Assembly: GCA_022813865.1 (NCBI GenBank)
Contig: JALDZX010000029.1
Coordinates: 124,001-188,000, forward strand
Length of the DNA stretch: 64,000 nucleotides
Reading direction: 5' to 3'
DNA from: Xylographa opegraphella
Taxonomy: Eukaryota
Shown: positions 1 to 8,780 of the stretch, in pieces
Layout: each line of letters opens with the position of its first letter
Numbering within the stretch: position 1 is the first letter of the stretch
The notes under the pieces: model-generated
Seen by the model: the letters and a program-made list of their open reading frames with translations, nothing else
Database searches by the model: none
What the model was told of the DNA's origin: nothing
Program-made: the position numbers and the translations under genes

Positions 1-301
1 TCAATCATAATGATGGCACGGACGCCAATATGTCATGCAATACTACCATTTGCATATCCCACCGGACACGCGTATTCTGGAGCAATTACTACATGTTCGC
101 AGAGACGAAAATGAGTGATGAGATGATCCATTACGTGCTATCAAGGTCCTACAACATACATAACGAGTGCTTGCCATGGTATCATTCACGCTGCTCAACG
201 CCAGTAGAAAATAATACGCTTGCCGCATACGCTTGCCTCCAAGACCAACTGCATCTCACATTACCATTTCAGCTTTCGTGTCCGGGAATACTGAACAAAA
301 C

Positions 302-3300
302 TTAGTGAGGTCCGCTGACGGGGCTACCATATTGGCCGGTGCCAGTTGTAGCAGTCGTGTTGGCGGTGTTGGACGATTCCGCAAGGCCGTGGCTACCAGT
401 GGGATGGGTCACTGATGATCCATATTGGCCGGTGCCTGAGGATGCTGTGTAATCACTGGCGGGATCAATGGTTTCTCCTCGGTCGGCAACACTACGATAC
501 ATTAACTCAACCTCTCATCGCATACGGCCAAAAATGAGGTCAATACGTACGCAGGATCAAGCTTGTTGCCAAGCCCGCTAATGTGAGAACTGCTTGGTAC
601 GGACTCCCCTTGGGCAAGAGCCGTTGTACCTGTGCCTCCAGTGACTTGAGAAGCATAGCCGCTTGTGGGTGCTGCAGCATAGGAGGTGTCACCGGCCATC
701 ATGCTCGCAGGAGGGTCCTGGTCGAAAGTCAGTGAGATTTCTTTTGTGAAGTGAGTGGGAACCTGCCTTGTGTAACCTGTTTCGCTCGTGTTTCGCATGT
801 TCTTCACGCTCGTGCTCATTGATACCAATGGCTCCGGGTCCCGCTGCACCCTCTTCAGCCGGCTTTGCTCCACTGATGCCATATGTACTGGATTCCTGGC
901 GCTCGGCTTCTTCTTCCTTCAGTTCTTTGTCGGTCTTGTCTCGGTGGAGGAAGCCGAGTATGCCTCCATGTTTCTTGCCGTCGTGTTTCTCCTCCTTGGC
1001 TATCTCCTTCTCCCGGTGCTTTCCCTCCTTTTCCAGTGCCTTTTCATGGTGTTTCTCATGCTTGGCTTCCTTCTCCGCCTCCCTTTTCGAGAATTCTCCA
1101 GTACCAGCACTTGTAGCTTGAGAGCCATGTCCGTGTCGTTCAGCCTCATAGCCAGCGCCAGTAGCGCCGAGACCACCAGGGCCGACACCAGCAGCGGTGG
1201 CTTCGGAGTTATGTCTGTAGGCCGGAGGCCCATTGGCTTCCAGCGGAGTATATACCCCAGTAACTTTGGGATCATTGGGAGATGTCAGACCAGGGGCGCG
1301 TGTATCGGGCGCAACTGCGTCAGGGTTGTGCTTGTAAGATGGAGGTCCACTGGCTTCCAGGGGTGTGTATACGCCAGTTGTCTTTGGATCAGATGTCGCT
1401 GCCGTTGACTCTCGCCCGTGCTTCTCAGCCTCATACCCGACCCCGACCATACCTGCTCCAGCAGCGGCGGCTCCACCAAGTTTCTCTTTATCTTCAAAAC
1501 CTTCGTCTACATTGGTCTGGGACGTGGTGGACTTTTTCCGCGGGTCCAGTCTGCTGAAAATGCTTGGCTTACGCTCTTTCTCTTCTACGGCGCCGGTTTC
1601 GGCACCTACCGCTGTAGATCCATGTCGACTAGCGGCACCCTTTTTCCCGTGTTTTTCTTCATCAGTATATGCGCCGCCGTCATGTTTATAAAGGGGAGCT
1701 GCATTTTCCTCATATGGGACAACGACTCGGTTTCCCTGCATCCCTCCCGAGTCAGCAACGCCGTATTTGTGGCCAGTAGCGTCAGCGACAGGTGGATGTT
1801 CAACAGCAGCATAGCCCGCATCGCTAGTCGTTTGTTGGGGAACTCTTGGGTCTAGAGTATTGAGTGCGCCCGATTTGTGGTGTACATCTGAAGCTCCAGG
1901 ATCCATGCCGAGGTTCCTGCTCGACGCGGTGGAAGCTTTCCGGTCCGCGCCTACCACTCCGGAACTACCACGACGCTCAGCCTCATAAGCGGCGCCTCCC
2001 ATACCACCCACGAGAGCTGCATCGCGCGCTTTGTGACTTGGGTGTGTGGACGAGGCTGAATCACTGCCTTCTACGGTTTCAGAATCATGTTTGCCTGGAT
2101 GTAGAAGTCTACTAATCAAGCTCGGTTTGCGTTGTTTCTCAGCGGTGTCGTGCTCTAGTCCTCCTGTCGTAGAACCATGCGGACGTTCAGCGTCATAAGC
2201 GGCTGCTCCTGTGCCACTTGCGAAAGCGGCATCTCGATCTTTGTCTTTTCCAGTGGATGGTCCGAATCCAGTCTCTTGGAACATCGTGGGATCACGTGTA
2301 GTGGATCCGGTGCTTCCGACACCTCCCACGTTGCTCGTTGGTGCTGTATCATTCTTGTTGCCAGTGAGTCTATCCATGAGGCTTGGTTTGTGTTCAGTTT
2401 GTGCCACTGCAGGATCGGTTCCTTGCCCAATCGTACTGTGCGGTTGAGTGGTTGTGTAAGCAACGGCATCGGTACCCGGACCGAAGCCTGGACCATCAGC
2501 ATGTGGGTCAAGTCGGTTTGCGGTATCAGTGACATGGGGACCAGGTACGAAATGAGGTGCTGCCGGTTCTGCACCAGGACCACACGGATCAATGCTGGAA
2601 CCAGAGTGACCGGAAGTCATGCCAGTATTTCCGCTGGCATTGCTGCTGGTGTTACCAATGTCATGGTGGTGTTCATGTTCCGCTAGACCGGCAGCTCCAC
2701 TAGCGGCTCCTCCAAGTGTTGCGTCACGCTCGAGATGGCTTGGATGAGAAGTGGTGCTGGATGTTGGTCCACCAGTACCAGTTGTTGCTGATGAAGTGCC
2801 GCCTAAAGGAAATTCGCGTTCCGTAAGCGAGGACCCTAGGTTTTCTTGAGGCCCCTCTTCCCCACGTCCAGAAGCTATCTCCCCGATCTTATCTGTTGCT
2901 GAAGGGTGAGCAGTAGAAGCACTAGTAATCGGTTAGCCGACATTGTCGTAAAGAATGAAAGAATTCTCTGGCGTACCTCCCCACAGATCGATCAGGATAA
3001 GTGTTCCCGGTCAAACCACTGCCAGTAGTTGTCGAGTCGTTTTTTAGTGCTGATTGGGCGGCCGGGGACTCAGAAGTCCCAGCTGCTTGTCCTGCTGGGT
3101 CAAGACGACGGTCAGTCTCATATGCGGAACCACCTGTACTGCTAGCTAAAATAGTGTCCGTTTCCGTTGTCCCGTTGAGCCCAGAGCCCGAAGTCGCACC
3201 GGGCACGCCGTCTCGGATAGCTGTAGTGCTGCCAACCTCGCTGCTGAGCCCAGGCCTTTGCGCCGAGCTTAGATCTCTCGAGAATGGGCCATCAGTTGAT

Positions 3301-3551
3301 ATATTGTTGCTGGATGACGAGAAGGCTTCGTTTCCCTTGGCCCCGTCTTCTTGCTGACTGACGATACGACCTTGGGCAGAACCAGTCCGATTCGTTGACG
3401 TACCTGTATGAATAGGTTCAGACGACTGTCCAGAGCCGTAAAGGACCTCATTGTCGTGCTTCGACCCCGGGTTACTATGGCTAAAAGTTAGACGATTGCC
3501 GCGACCGCTTGGCTTCGATGGAGCTTACAGAATGTTCCCGAGCTTCTCCAT
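302..3551 (-). CDS. Large hydrophilic Gly/Thr/Ser-rich dehydrin-like (DPR-motif) stress protein, multi-exon
   Basis: ATG at 3551 (MEKLGNIL|HSNPGSKHDNEVLYG). Spliced exons join ORFs 2922-3206, 689-2620 and 302-502. It has GPH..NRLDPH, NTLDPRV and NKLDP motifs typical of fungal DPR dehydrin-like proteins, repeated AYEAER and KPSLxSRL units, and a charged EKH-rich block. Stop TAA at 302. Confidence 0.75.
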
Positions 3552-5148
3552 GATTGCGGGGTTGGGATTACAGTAGCAGTATAAGGGAGACTGGGGTGGG
3601 TGCAGGGCGTCGTACAATCGAATAGGTGGGAGAGTTGTGCTACTGAGGTGGGAGTATAGTTCTAATAGATAAAGATCAACGATGATGCTGTGGACGAAGA
3701 CAGTGTTCTTGTAGCAGCAACACGCACTACCGGCTATGACATCTATGTCACATTCACTGACACTAGTCCTGCGACTGGCTGCTTCAAGCTTGGCATTATC
3801 GACACACAGCTCCGACTCCAAATCGGCACGATGACGGAATATGTGGCTTGGACGAGCGCAATTGGGTTTAGGCGGAAGTGTGAGCCAATGACGGAGTACC
3901 TAAGATACCCTAGGCGAACGACGATGACTCCGTAGCGCTGGCCCCTGTCGCGGTCTAACCCCAATGCCTGGATAATGGTGGTTTCCGTTCGATGAGCACC
4001 AAAAGCGGGGCCGAGGCAGCCACAAGCTGGCTGGATTCGATTCAAGCACTGTGGCTGCACCGCCACTGTGGCAAACCCTCCACAAACATTCCCCCACTTG
4101 AGTTCGCAACATGAACAACGCTCAATATTAATTCCACAATTGCTCGATGTTTATTCTTGATAGTTCTCTACTGTCTCACTCTGGCTATGGAACCTGATAT
4201 GCAATACTGCTCGATGCGGAAGGTTGGTTACTTCTATTCTATGGCAAGACATTTCACTTCGCAAATTAGCCATGCAGAGGAAGCGCCATCCGCGTCATTC
4301 ATGCTTTTAGTGGTGCCTCTTGTAAACTGCCTGTTGACCGCAGAGGCTCCACCCAACTCCGCGCTTTACGGTTCTTTTGGTAGGTGACCAGGAAGCTCCC
4401 ACTGGATATAGGCTAGATTTATCAGTCTCCGTCCCAACTGGCGGTGAAGAGACTGCTTGCAACACGCCGTTGCGAACCTTACCACAGGTTTGGAACGCGA
4501 CAATCGCTGATCAAGGATGGTACGCTTGAGAAAGCATTGCATACTACCATGCTTTCTGCGGTCTAGACGCGTCCAAAACGGCCAGGGGATTACGGTGGTT
4601 CTCTCGCTGTGCAGACTTTGGATACTGTTTTCTGAACGTTCGGGAAGCATCCATCCCTACTCTGCAGAAGCTGGGCGTGTTGGGTGACTACTTTAACAAC
4701 TGAAAACACGAATAATCATTGCATGTGGAGTTTGTGAAATGGAACAAAGTCTTCCGGTTGAACAGAGCATCTCATGCATTCAAACATCCCAGAGATTTGT
4801 CTCCAGCAGTGTTGTTTCTCGTTACTCCACAGAATAGCAGCGATCCTTATAGTATCATCGTATTAGCTACAACGCGTTGTCGCTTTCGAGGTCTCACCAC
4901 TTCATGTCATATCATGCAAGAAGTAGCATGGCTACGGATGCTTGACTGCTCATTGCAAAACCGTCACATACATGAAGCCAACTTTCTTATTGTTAATCAA
5001 CTGAGCCTTCTATTCAAATAAGTTGCACGCAAGAATTCTTTCACACTCCTCTGCCACCTTTCCTTATCCCCATTGACAATTCTGACACATACTGGCCTCA
5101 GTCATACTAAATTCTAACCATGGCAACTTCGCTGAGGCCAAGAAAGGC

Positions 5149-5337
5149 TCAGTACTCATAGCTGCGATAGGTCGCTGCACAAGCGCTGCAGAAACTGGTC
5201 AGATATTGTTGGAAGAAGAAAATACCAATACAGCCCTCCTTCGTCTTTTTGGTTGGACATGCTACGATGTACGAGGAAGATACAGCGGGGCAGCCCGCCT
5301 TGCCACAAGCCCAGTAGATGGTCACTTGGTTGCACAT
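5149..5337 (-). CDS. 62-aa small Cys-rich protein (MC-x8-CG...CxxC), putative zinc-binding
   Basis: True ATG at 5337, 7 Cys with a terminal CSAC, pyrimidine-rich leader and a TATA-like CCTATATGA near 5484-5492. No signal peptide. Confidence 0.55.
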   Translation of the reverse strand: MCNQVTIYWACGKAGCPAVSSSYIVACPTKKTKEGCIGIFFFQQYLTSFCSACAATYRSYEY

Positions 5338-6329
5338 ACTGTATTTGTGGAAGATAATGATTCAGGACTTGTGGTTATGCTGGGTGGAGAGTTGTGGGAT
5401 TTGGATGAAAGAGTGCCAAGTGTGCTCCTGTGGGGAAGAAGGCGAGGGAATAGTGGTTGGTTCTGGAGGAAGAACAAAGCGGATCATATAGGAAAGACTT
5501 TGACTGCCCTTGATCGAATCGACAACACCTTGACTCACAAGTATACAAAGAGTGGGAGCGATGACTCGGAAGACCAAAGTAATTCACTGGTCTATGGTGT
5601 TGTTCTCATTGAGAGACTTGGTCATCAAAGAACAACCGGCACGTGTGAGCCGAATGGCGCACAGCGCTGCGAACCCTCAAGACGTGACCGTGACCAGCAG
5701 TGAAGTGAAAGTGTGGGCACCCATCTGGCCTACCAAAATTGGCACAAAGTCACGTCCAACAAAATACATGCCCTACATCGTCTGGAAATATGCTGGAGTT
5801 AGTGATTACGATGAAGTGAGAAATTCACGCTCGGTCGTCCGAAATGGTTCCTCTGCCATTCCGGAGTCGAAGATCATGTTTGTAGCACGGGTCATTGGTT
5901 GTTTAGGAGATCCTTTTAATCACGCAGAAAGGGCATTGTCGGATATCCTCGGTGTATGAAGCACATTATCGAAGGATGAGAAACGATAGGGTTCATTCGA
6001 CGAAAGCTTTGCCAGCCTTGTCCAGAAAAAGCTTACAATATAATTTCGGATAATGGCCAATAAGGTAGCAGAAATCATGTGGTTTCAAGGAATGCAGTGG
6101 TTGAATAATGCCGGGTACCAAATGGTCCATTGACAAACGAACGAGTCTGTGTCACCTGTCCAAGAGAAGATTGTTCAGATTAGGCTAAAACGCAGTCCCA
6201 TATGGTCGAAGAGAATGGCATGAACGCTCGCTCAAGAAACACAACATCGCCAGGTATCCAGATCCAGAAATCGCTCACAAAAGACTCATTACAAATGGAC
6301 ATGACATGACCCTGTGGACACTTCCTCCG

Positions 6330-7937
6330 TTACTCAGCCATAGGCTCCATCATAATTTCAGCAGACTCTTTCCCCTCGTCCCTCCGTTCCAGTGCTCCCA
6401 CAGCGGTTAACAGGGGCTCGATTGCCGTAGTAGCTATCGTCGGCACTGAAGAATGAGCCATTGTCTCAAGCCCGGACATAACACATTCCCCAGCGGACTC
6501 AACAATGCCCTTAGCGGACTCAAAGCCAGTGGCCACCGCACTCGGAACTGGCTGCATCAAAGACTCCACCGTCGCAGGCGTGGCATTCCTTCCCGTTGAC
6601 AAGAATAACACCACCATACTAAGCAGCGCGATGATCAGGTTCTTCCGCTCTCGCATCACCAGTCTTAGGTAATTGCGAAGCAGAACCCACAATTCGACGT
6701 CCTGGCAATCCCGCCTGGGCCTCGAGAAGCTCTGCCGGAGTATCTTTGGGCTTTCCTCGAAGCCGTCCACATATGCCTGGGCATCTTCACCATATATCTC
6801 CCGTATCCGGTCCGCGTCGATATTGCCCACCCCATGGATGGGCTCCGGGCTCAGATGGGCGTCGTATCCCGGCTCGCCCAAGCCCCTAAGCTCTTCCTCC
6901 TCCCTCCGAGCCTCCAATTGCCGCCTCAGCCCGTCTTCAATCCATGGCTGCACTTCCACATCGACTCTCTCCATCTCCCTCCACGCTGCACCCCAAGCAC
7001 CAGCGCGCATGAGCCCGTTCGCCGCATACACCTTGACATCCCACCGCTTCGTTCCCGTTCCACTCCCCATCCGCCCATCGCGTATCCTCCTACCACAATC
7101 TTCACATATGTCCTCATCCGTCTCACTCTCATCATCATCCTCCTCCACCTCTCCCTCCTCCAAATGGAAATGCCCGCACTTGAGTATTCTGGGGACCTTC
7201 AGCTCTAAGCTTTCCAGCAGCCGCTCCTCCAATAGATCATAATCTTCCCTCGGATGCGGTATCAGGATCCCGCGTTCTTGTACCGTTGCCGTAATTTTCT
7301 CCCCCAGCAGTTTCCACCCCTCCAATATCTCACCGGGGAGCACCGCCTCCATCACTTCCCGTGAGTAGGGTAACCCAAATGGTAGGACAGTCACATGCAG
7401 CAGCACGAGCGGGTGCTCTTTCCGAACCTTCTCCTTCCGCACGCCGCTCATCCGCGACGGGGAGCGCACAGAGTGACTTGATCGGGGCGTACTATTCCTC
7501 GTTGGCGTACTGAAGCGGGAGTCTTGCGCTTGAAGCTCCTGCTGCCGGTGGCCCGAGCGATTGATCACGAATGGCGGCGGTGTTGTTTCGAGTTGAACCG
7601 CTCGTACCGAGGAAGGGTGTCGGAAAGGAAAGATGGTCTTAAGAGGCGTGTAGGGAGAGGGGGGACGCTGGGCCGCTGCATTGTAGGAGGGTACGCGCGA
7701 GGACGCGGCAAGGGAGGAGATGTCATCGTCGGAGGTGTGCGGTGAGGAGTGGTGGGAATCGTGGTGTGTCGGGTTGTCAAAGACGGTGTCGTCGGGCCCG
7801 CTGGAGTTGTGAGAGTGTGGTTCAGAATCGGAACACTCGTCCTCGATACTTGCCAGCAGAGGGTTTTTCGGTTGTGAGGACGCGGTTGGGGAATGCGCTT
7901 GGTTGCTATGGGTGTCTGCGAAGTCTATCTGGTCCAT
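6330..7937 (-). CDS. Conserved fungal hypothetical protein (family often annotated pathway-specific nitrogen regulator), one C-terminal TM segment
   Basis: Intronless long ORF with first ATG at 7937. Conserved core PLVLLHVTVLP...RGILIPHPREDYDLLEERLLESLEL..PRILKCGHF...CxxCG...WDVKVYAANGLMRAGAW..AWREMERVDVE. Hydrophobic LIIALLSMVVLFLS near the C-terminus. Confidence 0.75.
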   Translation of the reverse strand: MDQIDFADTHSNQAHSPTASSQPKNPLLASIEDECSDSEPHSHNSSGPDDTVFDNPTHHDSHHSSPHTSDDDISSLAASSRVPSYNAAAQRPPSPYTPLKTIFPFRHPSSVRAVQLETTPPPFVINRSGHRQQELQAQDSRFSTPTRNSTPRSSHSVRSPSRMSGVRKEKVRKEHPLVLLHVTVLPFGLPYSREVMEAVLPGEILEGWKLLGEKITATVQERGILIPHPREDYDLLEERLLESLELKVPRILKCGHFHLEEGEVEEDDDESETDEDICEDCGRRIRDGRMGSGTGTKRWDVKVYAANGLMRAGAWGAAWREMERVDVEVQPWIEDGLRRQLEARREEEELRGLGEPGYDAHLSPEPIHGVGNIDADRIREIYGEDAQAYVDGFEESPKILRQSFSRPRRDCQDVELWVLLRNYLRLVMRERKNLIIALLSMVVLFLSTGRNATPATVESLMQPVPSAVATGFESAKGIVESAGECVMSGLETMAHSSVPTIATTAIEPLLTAVGALERRDEGKESAEIMMEPMAE

Positions 7938-8780
7938 GTTTGGCAGCGATACCTGGGAATTGGAGTACGCCACAACAGTAGGAAATGGTTCAAAGTAGAG
8001 TTTGCTGGTTATAGTGTAGCCGTCGCGTGAGGTTATAACCTCTGGACTACACTGCAATCAGAGCGCCCTCAGAGACCTGATCCAAAAGCGAAAGCAAACA
8101 GGATTAGACTTTAGGCCCGTCTCCATGGGTAACGGCTAGTTTAGAATACAGCTAGGATCATTCGCTAAGCTCTTGCGCTGTCACTATTTCTTCGCGACCA
8201 TCAATATCTGAAATTATGACTATAGAAATGTATACTCTAGAGTTTCGTCTCAGATCTATTCAGCATGATGTTGTCAGTCAATATGTCTGGCATTTTACTC
8301 ATGTGGCTTTCGAAATACTACACATCACTACCTCGGATGTTCTGTTTGATCACGAAAGATCTTGCTTCATGCTGCTTCTCTGATTATGTTCAATGTTTAT
8401 GATTCTCAGCGATAATACTCACGTTGATATGGCTTTTTGAATCTTCTTTGAGTTTCACGAATTTTCGCGTGTTTTCAAGGCCAGTTATGCTCGTGTCGAG
8501 TAAAGAGTAGACACTGGCCTTATGTCGTCTCCGATACTAGTGAAGGCTGGCCGAATATTCAGCGTGAAGCTTGGTACAGATGCGAGCCACGTTTCGGCGA
8601 GATTCCGGAAGCATTCCAAGTCTATTTCCCCAGTAAACATACTGGCCACCCCACAACTTCCCCACAACCCTTTCTCCGTTTTCAGTCCGATCTTTTTTCC
8701 GTCTGAAGTCGCAATTTGAATCTCGATGTTTCGTCGTCTTTGTTTGTCGCTTGCATAGTGAGCACTTGATCTCGTCGAGA

